Shown in pieces: positions 41,068-51,848 of a stretch of 64,000 nt of DNA. The notes under the pieces are model-generated. The model did not search any database, was not told the origin of the DNA, and saw nothing but the letters and a program-made list of their open reading frames with translations. This stretch comes from an uncultured Chloroflexia bacterium. Its GTDB lineage: Bacteria; Chloroflexota; Limnocylindria; Limnocylindrales; CSP1-4. Location: assembly GCA_963780425.1 (NCBI GenBank), contig CAWABZ010000004.1, positions 20,714-84,713 on the forward strand, read 5' to 3'. Made by a program: the position numbers and the translations under genes. Positions within the stretch are counted from its first letter, which is position 1. Every line of letters begins with the position of its first letter.

Positions 41068-41550
41068 TCAGGCCACGGCAGCGCCGCCCGGCTTGGGGCC
41101 GGTCGTGCGAGCGACAGGGACGGGTCGCGCCTTGACGTTGAGCACGAGTCCGCAGTTCGTGCAGGTGTCGATCGCAGCAGGCCGGCCGAGTCCGCACATC
41201 GGGCAGATCACCGCCAGCTCCTCCTCGCCGCGCTCGCAACGCAAGGTCCCAGTCGGATAGATGAGTCCGTGCTGGCGGCAGAACGGCAGGCCGGGCGGGA
41301 AGATCGGCTGGCCGTCGGCGCCGATGCGGGCGACCTGCGACCCCTCCTCGAGGCTCAACTTTGCTCTCGGCTTGGTGGCCTGGTAGCCCAGGATGCCCAG
41401 CATCGTGAAGGTCAATAGCGGGCCGACAACGCCCAGGAAGATCAGCAGTGGGAGCAGCCCGATGACACTGCTCCAGTCCGGGATCACGAACATCTCGGTG
41501 ATGTCGAGGATCGTGTTCCAGATCCCGTTGAGGGTGTCGACGACGTTCAC
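41068..41550 (-). CDS. Hypothetical membrane protein with Cys/His zinc-ribbon motifs
   Basis: N-terminal hydrophobic segment; CRQH, CERG, CPMC, CTNC. Confidence 0.7.
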   Translation of the reverse strand: MNVVDTLNGIWNTILDITEMFVIPDWSSVIGLLPLLIFLGVVGPLLTFTMLGILGYQATKPRAKLSLEEGSQVARIGADGQPIFPPGLPFCRQHGLIYPTGTLRCERGEEELAVICPMCGLGRPAAIDTCTNCGLVLNVKARPVPVARTTGPKPGGAAVA

Positions 41551-42110
41551 GACCGCATGCTACCCGACGGGGGTCGACCTCGACGTGGATTGCCTCGCTT
41601 GACCGTCGCGCCGCGGCCGGGTTTCCACGGGTCGCGCTCCGGCTCCTCGTGTGAGGTCGGCGGCCGACGGTTCCCGATCGCCGGGGCCGCGAGGTGCGGT
41701 CGATCGAGGCGGCCGAGCAGCCAGGCCGTACCCGCCGTCCGGGCGCCTTTCGCATGGAGCGCCGTGCGGAGCGCGCGGTCGTCGGTGACGACGAGGAGGC
41801 CGCTGACTCCGCTGGGCCCGGCCGCAGTCCCGGTCTGATCGACCAGGCCCAGGATCAGGTCGTCGGCGGAGCGCCGTCCCGCATGGCGGACGATCAGCCC
41901 GGCCGCGATCCGCTCGCCGCGGAGGCCCGCGTCGGGCGCCCCGTCGAACACGAGCTCGACGCCGATGTGTGCCGGGATCGCGCCACGCAGCCGACCGATC
42001 AACGCCGCCGGCGGCACCTGATTGCCACCGCGAGCGAGCGCGGGCAGGAAGTTCGAGCCGTCGACGATCAGTCGATCGGTGGCGGCGAGAGGGTCGCGCG
42101 GCGGTGCCAC
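41547..42110 (-). CDS. NYN/PIN-domain (YacP-like) protein
   Basis: LIVDGSN, LVFDG, SADDLI, VVTDDRAL acidic motifs. Confidence 0.8.
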   Translation of the reverse strand: MAPPRDPLAATDRLIVDGSNFLPALARGGNQVPPAALIGRLRGAIPAHIGVELVFDGAPDAGLRGERIAAGLIVRHAGRRSADDLILGLVDQTGTAAGPSGVSGLLVVTDDRALRTALHAKGARTAGTAWLLGRLDRPHLAAPAIGNRRPPTSHEEPERDPWKPGRGATVKRGNPRRGRPPSGSMRS

Positions 42111-42155
42111 CGGCAAATCGTACGCGCACGGACGCCCACGGCTACGATCGGGCGC

Positions 42156-43014
42156 GTGAGCCTGCTCCTTCTCGTCGACCTCGACGGTGTCGTGTACCGC
42201 GGCGCCGAGCCCATCCCTGGCGTCGCGGCCGTGCTGGCCGATCGAGCCGCGCGCGGCGACGACATCGTCTACGTCACGAACAACTCGATGCATTACCGCG
42301 CCGATTACGTCGCGCGGCTGTCCGCCATGGGCTGCCCTGTCTCCCCGGAGCGTGTCGTGTCGTCCTCGCGGGCGACCGCTCTCCACATCGTCAACCACGA
42401 GACGGGGATCCGCCGCGTCCTTGCGGTCGGTGCCGGCGGACTGGAGCGCGAGCTGGGCGACGTCGGGCTGGAGGTGGTCACTGTCGGGCACGCCGCCACG
42501 CGGATGCACCAGGAGGGGATCGACGGCTGGACGGCAGCCGGTGCGCCGGATGCGGTCGTGACCGGGCTCGACCCGAACCTGACCTACCTCCGTCTGGCGG
42601 CCGCAGCCGACTGCATCCGCGCCGGTGCCCGTTTCATCGCCACGAACCGTGATCCCGTGTATCCCACCGAGCGGGGCCTGCGGCCCGGTGCCGGGGCGAT
42701 CGCCGCCGCGCTCGAGGCGACGACAGGCGTCACGCCGCTGTCGATCGGCAAGCCGGAGCCGCACCTGCTCGAGCTGGCCGCGGAGGCGGTCGGCCGGACG
42801 GCCGATGAGGCCGTGATGATCGGCGACGGGATCGGCACCGACCTGGCGGCGGCGCGCGCGTGTGGGGGCTCGGTCCGTGCTGATGCTGACGGGCGTCACG
42901 ACGCGCGCCGATCTCGAAGCGCTGCCGGAGGAGGCCCGACCCGACGCGGTGGCGACCGATGCGGCCGGACTCGCCGCCGCGCTCGACGCGATCGAGCGAT
43001 CACCCGGAACCTGA
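42156..43014 (+). CDS. HAD-IIA (NagD-like) hydrolase (frameshift near 42870)
   Basis: LVDLDGVVY, YVTNNS, IATNRD, IGKP, MIGDGIGTD, LMLTGVT. Confidence 0.9.
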
Positions 43015-43015
43015 G

Positions 43016-43468
43016 ATGGGCACGCGACGTCAGCCGCGCATGCACTGGCTGGGGATGCTCGCGACGGTCGTCGGTGTCGGTCGCCCTGGGTGCCTGCGGC
43101 ACGAGCGCACCCGATCCGAGCGGCGCCGGACCGGTCGACGTGACCGGTCACTGGCAGATGACGTCGGGCACGATCGATGGCGTGGTGTTGGCACTTGTGG
43201 ATGACGCGCCGATCACGCTCGTCGGTCACGGGAACCCAGATCAGCGGGCGAGCGGCCTGCAATCAGTACGGTGGCGAGATCCTCGTCGAGGATGGGCGGA
43301 CGCGGTTCAGCCTGACGTCGATGACCGCGATGGCATGCGCCGCGCCAGTCATGGCCGTCGAGGCGGCGTTCACCGCGGCGCTGCCACGGGTCGTCGAGGC
43401 GGCACGTCGACGGCGATCGCCTGACGCTCACGGGGCCCGGCGTCGAGCTTCTTTTCGAGAGCCGCTAG
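43016..43468 (+). CDS. META-domain (HslJ-like) lipoprotein (frameshifted)
   Basis: LGAC lipobox, GHWQM, ISGRAACNQYGG, TAMAC, DGDRLTLTG. Confidence 0.75.
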
Positions 43469-44565
43469 TCGGCCGCGAGCTCCGGGATCCCGGCCGCCCA
43501 CGCATCGAACTCGGCGCGGAGCGGCGTGAGGGTGGCCTCGTCGGCGAAGGCGACGTCGAGGGCATGCCGGTCGATCGTCCACAGGTCAGGCAGTGACAGC
43601 CCGATCTGCTCGTGGGCGGCGATGTACTCCTCGGACAGCGTGAGGTCCGACACCGTCAGGTCGTCGGTGTTGAGGGTCACGGGAACGCCCAACCGGTAGA
43701 GCGGCCCGAGAGGGTGCTCGGCGACCGACGGCACGATGCCGGCCTGCCAGTTCGAGTGCGGCGCCAGGTCCAGCGTCACCCCGCGGGCGCGCAGCTCGGC
43801 GCACAGCTCCGGGTCCTCGATGGCGCCCGGACCGTGGGCGATGCGCTCCGGATCGATGACCAGCGCTCGACGGACCTGCGCCGCGCCGCCCCACTCACTG
43901 GCGTGGATCGTCATCCGCAGGCCGTTCGCCCGCGCCGCCTCGAACGACCGGGCGTGTGTCAGTGGATCCGGGAACGCCTGCTCGGGGCCGGCCAGGTCCC
44001 ACGCCGTGAGGCCCTGGTCGATGAACCGGGCCGCGGTCTCTGCCAGCTCGACGTTCCGTTCCGGGTCGTGCGAGCGGAGGGCGGTCGAGATCAGCCGCAC
44101 CGTGACGCCGGTCCGTGCCGCCGCGGCGTTCGCGCCGCGACAGACCGCCGCGATCCCGTCCGCCAGCGACAGGCCGCGCGCGACATGGAGCAGCGGGCCC
44201 CAGCGGATCTCGACGTAGCGGACGTTGTCGGCGGCCTTCGCCTCGACGAGCTCCGCGGCGATCCGCTCGAGTGCCTCGGCGTCCTGCATGAGCGCGATCG
44301 GCAGATCGAACGCCTTGAGCAGCTCGGCCTGCGACGTCGACGGCATCGCACCGACGAGCGCGCCCGACATGCCGACCCAGTCGCGTGGCGCATCGACCCC
44401 GCGCGTGCGTGCGAGCTCGAGCGCCGTGTCGATGCGCACCGAGCCGTCGAGATGGAGGTGGAGCTCGGCCTTCGGCATCGCCTCGATGAGGCGTCGACGG
44501 GCCAGCCGCGCGATGTCGTCCGGGGCCGCGGCGTCGGGCGGCCGCAGGGCATCGAGGGCGGTCAT
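43465..44565 (-). CDS. add: Adenosine deaminase
   Basis: PKAELHLHLDGS, YVEIRWGP, DLAGPE, HASE, RIAHG, NTDD. Confidence 0.92.
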   Translation of the reverse strand: MTALDALRPPDAAAPDDIARLARRRLIEAMPKAELHLHLDGSVRIDTALELARTRGVDAPRDWVGMSGALVGAMPSTSQAELLKAFDLPIALMQDAEALERIAAELVEAKAADNVRYVEIRWGPLLHVARGLSLADGIAAVCRGANAAAARTGVTVRLISTALRSHDPERNVELAETAARFIDQGLTAWDLAGPEQAFPDPLTHARSFEAARANGLRMTIHASEWGGAAQVRRALVIDPERIAHGPGAIEDPELCAELRARGVTLDLAPHSNWQAGIVPSVAEHPLGPLYRLGVPVTLNTDDLTVSDLTLSEEYIAAHEQIGLSLPDLWTIDRHALDVAFADEATLTPLRAEFDAWAAGIPELAAD

Positions 44566-44616
44566 CCGCCGATGCTACGATTCCGCGGCCCTGACCGTCG
44601 AGCCTGGAGGACGCCG

Positions 44617-45585
44617 CTGACCCGCATCCGCGAGCTGACGCGCAACACCCTGGCGGTCGTCATCTGGCTGGCCGCGGCCACGGCGATCGCGCTGGGGACG
44701 GCCGGCATCGTCGCGGGGATGGATGCGCCGGCCGCGGACGGCAGCGATCGGACCGGACGGACTGGTCGCGGCGACGCCGTCGTCGACGCGTCGCTCGACG
44801 AGGTCGAGGCGCAGATGCGCGACCTGTCGGGCGCCATCGGGAGCCTCAACGAGCAGGCCCGCGTGATCCTCGCCTCGCTGGCGAGCAACGAGGTCGAGCC
44901 CGTCGATACCGCGACAGCCATGGGCACCGCACTCGTCGCCGATATCGAGGCGCGCACCGAGCGGATCCAGGAGGCGCTGGATGCTGTCCCGATCGTCGGC
45001 ACCCAGGCTGCCGAGTACGAGCTGACGCCCGCGACCGGCGAGCGGTATGCGTCGTATCTCGGTGGGCTGGCGTCGACCAGGGGCGTCACCGAGGCCTGGA
45101 CGCGGCTGACCGTCGCGTCGTTGAGCGCCAGCCGGATGTCCACGCTGCTCGCGGCCCACGACGAGGCCATCGTTGCGGCCGCGGCGGAGGGCCGGAAGGC
45201 GGCGTACGACCGAGCGCTCGAACATCTCGATGACGCCGATGCGGCGATCGCCGACGCACGGACCCTGCGCGACAGCCTGGCCGCCACGGTCGACGTCACC
45301 ACGCTCGACGAGTGGCTGGACCGCAGCAGCGCCTACGACGTCGCCCTGCGCGCCTTGTACGTCGCGGTCCAGCGCGCCGATGGCCAGGTGACGGATGCTG
45401 TCCGCAGGGCGATGGCGAAGGAACAGGCGGCCAAAGCCCGACTGCCACCGGACACGCGCTCGCTGGTGCTGATCATGTCGGACATCGGTCGGGGCGGGAT
45501 GAACGCCTCGGCGATCGCGATCGAACAGGCCCACGCGGACCTCGAGGAGGCGCTCGCGCCGCCGCTCGCCGCACCGTCTCCCTGA
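44617..45585 (+). CDS. Hypothetical helical membrane-anchored protein (probable CTG start)
   Basis: GGAGG-N6-CTG; N-terminal TM LAVVIWLAAATAIALGTAGIV; Ala-rich helical body. Confidence 0.65.
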   Translation: MTRIRELTRNTLAVVIWLAAATAIALGTAGIVAGMDAPAADGSDRTGRTGRGDAVVDASLDEVEAQMRDLSGAIGSLNEQARVILASLASNEVEPVDTATAMGTALVADIEARTERIQEALDAVPIVGTQAAEYELTPATGERYASYLGGLASTRGVTEAWTRLTVASLSASRMSTLLAAHDEAIVAAAAEGRKAAYDRALEHLDDADAAIADARTLRDSLAATVDVTTLDEWLDRSSAYDVALRALYVAVQRADGQVTDAVRRAMAKEQAAKARLPPDTRSLVLIMSDIGRGGMNASAIAIEQAHADLEEALAPPLAAPSP

Positions 45586-45680
45586 CCCGCGCCGGCAGGT
45601 AAACTGCCGGCACAGCATCGCGACCGCCGCGACAGGGGCACCGCCAGCGGCCTGCAATCCCGGGAGGATCCGTACCCACC

Positions 45681-47194
45681 GTGCATGTTCGTGTCGTCAC
45701 CGACCAGCCATGGGACGTCAAGGCCGACGTCCTGGTCATCCCGATCATCGGTGAGCCGTCGTTCGACGGCCCGCTCGACGAACTCGATCGCCGCACGGGT
45801 GGCGAGCTGCGCGCTCTCGCCGAATTCAGGGAGCTGAAGGCCAAGCGGTACACGTCGGCACTGGCACCGGGCGGCGAGCTGCCCGCGTCCTGGCTGCTCA
45901 CGGTCAGCGCAGGCGATTCGGACAAGGTCGATCGCGAGGTCGCGGTTCGCGATCGGCGCCACCGCCGAGCGACGGCTTGCCGGTCGCGTCGTGCGCAGCA
46001 TGGCCGTATGGCTGTCGCCGCTGGTCGACGCAGACGGGTTCGATGGGGACATCGCGACGGCCGCCGAGCTCGTCGCTCGCGGCGTGGTCGAGGGCTCCTA
46101 CGACCCGAAGGCGATCTATCGTCCCGAGATCGAGTCGGCGCCGCCGAAGCTCGACGAGCTCATCGTGATCGTGTCCGGCGGTGACACTGACGCCGCGAAG
46201 GCCGCGGCCGAGCGCGGGGTGATCATCGGCGAGGGCGCCAACACCGCGCGGACGCTCTCGAATCGGTCGGCCAACGACCTGTCTCCCGAGGTCATGGCCG
46301 ATGAGGCCCGTGCCATCGCCGAGCGCCACGGCCTGTGGATCGACGTCATCGACGACAAGCGTGCGACCGAGCTCGGGATGGGCATGTTCATGGCGGTCGG
46401 CCGCGGGTCGGACAACCCGCCGCGCATGATCGTCATGCGCTCGGGCGGCGAAGGCGAGCGCGACAAGCGCGACCGGCACGTGGCGATCGTCGGCAAGGGC
46501 GTGTGCTTCGACTCCGGCGGCATCAGCATCAAGCCGTCCGACCGGATGGAAGAGATGAAGATGGACAAGACCGGTGCGTGCACGGTCATCGCCGCGATCG
46601 AGACCGTCGCGCGGCTGGCGCCCGGGACGCCGTTGCTGGCCGTCGCGCCGATGGTCGAGAACATGCCCGGCCCGCATTCGACCCGGCCGGGCGACATCGT
46701 GACCGCGTTGAACGGCAAGAAGGTCGACATCACGAACACCGACGCAGAGGGACGGCTGATCCTGGGCGACGCGATGACCTACGCCGAGCGGCTCGGTGCG
46801 ACCCACCTCGTCGACGTCGCGACGCTCACGGGCGCGGTCGCCCGGGCCTTGGGGCATCTCGTGACCGGCGCGTTCGGCGAGCCGCAAGAGCTGGTACGAC
46901 GATGTCGTCGCCGCCGCGCGCCGGGCCGGCGAGCGCTACTGGCAGTTGCCCCTGATCGACGATTACGTGCCGGATATGGAGAGCTGGTACGCGGACCTCC
47001 AGAACGCCGGATCGGCCGAGGGCTCGCTGGTCAAGAGTGGGCTCTTCCTCCGCGAGTTCGTGACCGTGCCGTGGGTCCATCTCGACATCGCCGGGACGGG
47101 CTACTACCGCAAGGCGCAGCCGTTCGGGGCGCGCGGGGCCACCGGCGTCTCGCACGCGACGCTCGTCGAGCTCGCGCTGGCCGGGGCCGCCTGA
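45681..47194 (+). CDS. pepA: Leucyl aminopeptidase M17 (frameshifts near 45950 and 46890)
   Basis: VGKGVCFDSGGISIKP, MKMDK, NTDAEGRLILGD, ATLTGA, WVHLDIAGT. Confidence 0.92.
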
Positions 47195-47225
47195 CGACAC
47201 CGCGGTCCGATCCGGCGAGCGGTCG

Positions 47226-47867
47226 ATGGAGCCGCTGAGCCTGGTCCTCGCCGTCGCCGGCGGGGCGCTCGGGGTCGCGGCCGACCGATTCGCCACCCGT
47301 TGGCCCGAGCACGACGAAGAGCACCCGCCGGGCCGCCGCGTCGACTGGCGCACGATCCTGTGTGGCGCGACCGGGGCGGTCGCGCTCGGACTGTTGCCGC
47401 TGCGGTTCTCGAGCGACGTCCTCGCGTTTGTCGCGTTCGGTGCCTGGTTCGTGACTCTTGTCGTCGGGTTGGCCACGGATCTCGATCAACGGGTGCTGCC
47501 GGACGAGCTGACCCTGCCGGTGATCCCGCTCGCGCTTCTCTACGCGGTGTCGGGCTTGAACCCGCTGGTCGGTGGAGGGCTGGTCCTCGCGATCGTGGCC
47601 GCCGTCGCGATCCCCGCCGTGCTGTACCTGCCGTCGTTGCCGTTCGGGGCGGGCGCGTTCGGGATGGGCGACGTGAAGTTCCTGGCCGGGATGGGCCTGA
47701 TGCTCGGTGGCGACCGAGCGCTGAGCGGGACCCTGTTCGGGCTGGTTCTCGCCGGTGTGGTGCTGCTGGTGCTGCTCCTGACGCGGCGGATCGGGCGCAA
47801 GAGCTTCATCCCGTTCGGTCCGTTCCTGATCATCGGAGCGCTCTGGGCGGTGCTGGTGCGGGGGTAG
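47226..47867 (+). CDS. A24 prepilin peptidase (no N-terminal tetracysteine domain)
   Basis: TDLDQRVLPD, FGMGDVKF, IPFGPFL. Confidence 0.88.
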   Translation: MEPLSLVLAVAGGALGVAADRFATRWPEHDEEHPPGRRVDWRTILCGATGAVALGLLPLRFSSDVLAFVAFGAWFVTLVVGLATDLDQRVLPDELTLPVIPLALLYAVSGLNPLVGGGLVLAIVAAVAIPAVLYLPSLPFGAGAFGMGDVKFLAGMGLMLGGDRALSGTLFGLVLAGVVLLVLLLTRRIGRKSFIPFGPFLIIGALWAVLVRG

Positions 47868-47942
47868 GTGAGGGCCACGTTTCAGGCGCGCCCGTCGGGC
47901 CGCCCCGGGCGACATCGATCACATCGCGCGCACCCGCTCGCT

Positions 47943-48203
47943 CGGATGTTCCTGCGAGCGGATGTTCCTGCGAGGCACACGTTCCGGATGAATGAGCGTG
48001 AAGGAACGCGACTTCTGACAGTTCCTGTCGAATCCGGGCTTCGGCCACGCTCATTCATTCTCGATTGGTTACTGGTGGGAACATCGACACCGATGAGGCC
48101 CTCATGCCAGGCCATGCGGATGCGCCGGCTGTGGCCGCCGAACCCCGACCTGGACATCGCGATTCTGCTCCCGAGCCTCCATGCGGAAGGCGGGCCACAG
48201 CCC
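47943..48203. repeat. Cluster of short direct and inverted repeats
   Basis: CGGATGTTCCTGCGAG twice (47943-47974); 13-bp IR ATGAATGAGCGTG/CACGCTCATTCAT (47988-48058); GGCTGTGGCC/GGCCACAGCC (about 48127-48202). Confidence 0.65.
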
Positions 48204-48379
48204 CGAGGCGATCCTTGCGGACAGCCAGGGGCTTGCGGCGTGGGTCGCGGGATTCTTCTGTGCGACGGGCCGGTCAACCGTCGATCGGCGACGCGCCATC
48301 AACGTAAGCACGCCTTGCAGCTGCGCCGGGCCGCCACTCCGCTCCCGTGGGCGGTGGGTGCGCTGGGCCTGCGGGCCGT

Positions 48380-48568
48380 TCATCATGAACAACGCGCATG
48401 ACGGCGGCCTTATGACACTCGGCGGCACGGTCTGACGCCCGTTCGGCCCCTCGAACATGCATATCGCGCCCAGCGAGCGACCTTAGGCGGATCGCGACGC
48501 CCGGCACGGGCCTAGAAGCGACGAAATTGGGCCATAAGGTTGCCGTCATCCGCATTCTTCATGGTCGG
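48380..48568 (-). repeat. ~190-bp three-unit palindromic element, copy 2 (inverted relative to copy 1)
   Basis: Units 48380-48415(+), 48452-48487(+), 48532-48568(-); unit order and spacer lengths mirror 38007-38196. Confidence 0.8.
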
Positions 48569-48650
48569 GATGGTCGGGATGGCCGGGATGGCCGCGATGG
48601 CCGGGATGGTCGGGGTGGCCGGGATGGCCGGGATGGTCGGCATGTCGGGG
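48561..48650 (+). repeat. 9-bp tandem repeat (ATGGYCGGG), about 9-10 units
   Basis: atggtcggg atggtcggg atggccggg atggccgcg atggccggg atggtcggg gtggccggg atggccggg atggtcggc. Confidence 0.92.
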
Positions 48651-48920
48651 TGCTGCCGGGAGTCGTCTGACCGCACAGCAGGTCCCACGACCGCACCGGG
48701 ACCATCGACCCATCCGGTTCAGGGCTGCTGCACGTCTAGACTGCCAAGGACAATCTCTGGACTCGACGGGTATCATCCCGGGGAGCCGGAAACGGGGTCG
48801 TCCTGCGGCTGTGCCAGTCCGAGGGCGTCGACCCACCGGCGGGTGTGACCGTCGCCCGACGCCGTGCCCCGTCCCATGGTGTCGCCCTACGGAGCCTGCT
48901 CGCACGATGACGTCGCCCAC

Positions 48921-50328
48921 GTGATCCGCCGCTCCCGTCGTTCGGACCTTCCCGATACGGGACGCCCCGGTCCGACCGGCTGGTCGAACCCGGTCGGGCC
49001 GACCCCGGCGCGCAGGATCCGCCGTCACGTTCCCACGCTCGTCCTGCTGATCCCGCTCGTCGTCGGCCTGCTCGGGTCGCCCGCGGCGACCTCCCCTGTC
49101 CGTGGCGACGAACTGTCCGACGCGAAGGCGAAGGCGGCCGCGATCAAGAAGGAAGTCGCCAAGCAGAAGGCCCAGATCGCCGCGATCAACGACCTCCAGG
49201 CCGGTCTGTCTGCGGAGATCGCGGACACGAAGAACCAGCTCCGGAAGATCGGCGCCGACCTCGACGCGGTCCGCAAGAAGATCTCCCAGATGGCGGCCAA
49301 GATCAACGAGGTCAAGGCCGTCTACGAAGACCTCGTGAAGCAGCTCGCCGCGATGGACGCCGAGCTCAGAACGGGTCATGGCGCAGGAAGCCGCGAAGCG
49401 GGTCGAGCTCGCAGAGCGCCGAGCCCAGCTCGCCGATCGGGTCCGCAGCGCGTACGACACCGACCGGACGTCGCCGCTCGAGACGTTCCTGTCCGGTGGC
49501 TCGTTCACCGACCTGCTCGCGGAGATGTCCTACTACATCGACGTCGGCGAGCAGGACCGCGCGCTTGCCGACCAGATCGCCAAGGCCAAGGAGACGCTCG
49601 CGGCGATCCACCAGACCGTGGCCGACACGCGGGCACGGACCAACGTCCTGCGCCAGGAGACCGCCGCCCAGAAGCGCGATCTCGACAAGGCGATGCGCGC
49701 GCTGCAGGAGACGAAGCAGGAGCTTCGCCGGCTCGAGAAGCAGGTCGCCCGGACGCTCGCCCAGCAGAAGGCTCGCTTCGCCGCGCTCGCGCGCAACAAG
49801 AGGAACGCCGCTGCGATCATCCGCCAGGCCGCGATGGACCAGAAGAAGCTCCAGCGCGAGATCAACGCGATGATCGCCCGGCAGGTCGCGCGCGGCAACA
49901 TCCCGAGCTCGTTCAACGGCACGATGCGCTGGCCGATGGACGACTTCTCGGTCAGCGGCGAGTACGGCTGCAGCTCGTTCGAGTACTACGCGCCGGGCAA
50001 CGGTTGCGCACACTTCCACAACGGCATCGACCTGGTCGCCAAATACGGCACACCGGTCAAGGCTGCTGCCGCGGGCGAGGTCGTGTATGTCGGCTGGAAC
50101 TGGGCCGACGGTGCCGATCCGGCCTGGATCGTCGTGGTCGCCCATTCCGGGAACCTCAAGACCTGGTACGCACACATGCAGCCGAAGCGGCCGGTCGTGG
50201 TCGGCGACTCGGTGAAGAAGGGCCAGATCGTCGGCTACGAGGGCAGCACGGGCCACGCGACCGGGCCGCACCTGCACTGGATGACGGAGCTCAACGGCAA
50301 CTTCGTGAACCCGCGTCTGTTCCTGTAG
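48921..50328 (+). CDS. Coiled-coil + M23 peptidase (murein endopeptidase/EnvC-like; frameshift near 49370; start approximate)
   Basis: Signal/TM, long coiled coil, [28 protein letters not shown]. Confidence 0.9.
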
Positions 50329-50453
50329 CGCGGTTCACGGAACGTTGACGCCCGCACGGGCGAGAGGCGCCGGGACCCCGTGCTAGCATCGCCCACAGAT
50401 CCCCATCGACAGACGCCCATCGAACAGACCCCATCGACATCGGGAGGCGCGCC

Positions 50454-51806
50454 CTGACTTCGAAGCGCACGATGGCGATCATCCTCGCGGGTGGTGAAGG
50501 CGAGCGCCTGTCGATCCTGTCGCAGGAACGCGCGAAGCCGGCCGTGCCGTTCGGTGGGAAGTACCGGATCATCGACTTCACGCTGTCCAATTGCGTCAAC
50601 TCGGACATCCACGACGTCGTCGTCCTGACGCAGTACAACCCGCGGTCGCTCAACGATCACATCGGCCTCGGCCGGCCGTGGGACCTCGACCGGAACCAGG
50701 GCGGCGTGAAGCTGCTGCAGCCGTATATCGCGCGCGGCAAGGTCGCCGAGTGGTACCGCGGGACCGCGGACGCGGTCCTGCGCAACATGAACGTCATCGA
50801 ACACGACCCGTCCGACACGGTCGTGGTCCTCGCCGGCGACCACGTCTACAAGATGGACTACCAGCCGTTCATCGCGGCCCACCGCCGTCGCCGCGCCGAC
50901 GTGACGATCGCCGTTCGGCGCGTGCCACTCGCCGAGGCGTCGCGCATGGGCGTCCTCGCGCTCGACGAGAACGACCGCGTCATCGAATGGCAGGAGAAGC
51001 CCAAGCAGCCCAAGACAGACCTCGCGTCGATGGGCGTGTACGTCTTCTCGAAGAAGTCGCTCCGGCGCTGGCTGTCGGAGGACCACGTTGACTTCGGGCG
51101 AAACGTCATCCCCGCGATGCTCGAAGCCGACGCGCGCGTCTTCGGTTACCGCTACAACGGCTACTGGCAGGACGTCGGCACGATCCAGTCGTTCTGGGAG
51201 GCCAACATGGCGCTCCTCGAGGACGATCCCGAGCTCGACCTGTACGACAAGGACTGGGTCATCCATACCCGCTCCGAGGAACGCGCACCGGCCAAAGTCG
51301 GCCCGACGGCGCAGGTCCATCGAAGCCTCATCAGCCACGGCTGCGTGATCAATGGGACGGTCGTCAACTCGGTCCTGTCGCCGGGCGTGCGGGTCGATGT
51401 CGGGGCCGTCGTCCGCGACTCGATCGTGATGTTCGATTCGGTCATCCGCTCGAGCGCGGTCGTCGACCGCTCGATCCTCGACAAGGAGGTCGTGGTCGGG
51501 CAGGGCGCGATCGTCGGGTCGGGTCCGTACGACGACCGCCCGAACAAGCAGGAGCCGACACGCCTCAACACCGGCATCACCGTCGTCGGCAAGCGGGCGC
51601 TCATCCCACGCGGTGCGCATATCGGCCGAAATGTGCGCGTGGCTGCCGACATCCGGACAAGCGACTTCGTGAAGAAGGTCATCAAGAGCGGCGAGTCGGT
51701 CGACCGGCGCGCCGGCGGCCGCAGCACGCACGACCACGGACAGGGCGCCGATGTCCACGAGGTCGCCACAGGTGTCGCGACAGGAGCCGGGCGAGGCGGT
51801 CGCTAG
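50454..51806 (+). CDS. glgC: Glucose-1-phosphate adenylyltransferase (start CTG 50454 or ATG 50472)
   Basis: [62 protein letters not shown]. Confidence 0.95.
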   Translation: MTSKRTMAIILAGGEGERLSILSQERAKPAVPFGGKYRIIDFTLSNCVNSDIHDVVVLTQYNPRSLNDHIGLGRPWDLDRNQGGVKLLQPYIARGKVAEWYRGTADAVLRNMNVIEHDPSDTVVVLAGDHVYKMDYQPFIAAHRRRRADVTIAVRRVPLAEASRMGVLALDENDRVIEWQEKPKQPKTDLASMGVYVFSKKSLRRWLSEDHVDFGRNVIPAMLEADARVFGYRYNGYWQDVGTIQSFWEANMALLEDDPELDLYDKDWVIHTRSEERAPAKVGPTAQVHRSLISHGCVINGTVVNSVLSPGVRVDVGAVVRDSIVMFDSVIRSSAVVDRSILDKEVVVGQGAIVGSGPYDDRPNKQEPTRLNTGITVVGKRALIPRGAHIGRNVRVAADIRTSDFVKKVIKSGESVDRRAGGRSTHDHGQGADVHEVATGVATGAGRGGR

Positions 51807-51848
51807 GGCCATGCGGCGCAAAGTCCTGCCTCGTGGTATGGATAGGCC

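Noticed and set aside
38007-48568. 36-bp units with 35-44 bp spacers as a CRISPR array
   Set aside because: Units are degenerate, in mixed orientation, only three per locus, and no cas genes are present
48540-48848. ORFs encoding (MAG/MVG)n or (HPG/HPD)n
   Set aside because: By-products of the 9-bp repeat; no RBS or protein-like context
50395-50439. Three ~14-bp repeats (ACAGAnnCCCATCG) before glgC
   Set aside because: Real but short and imperfect; cannot distinguish an operator from slippage
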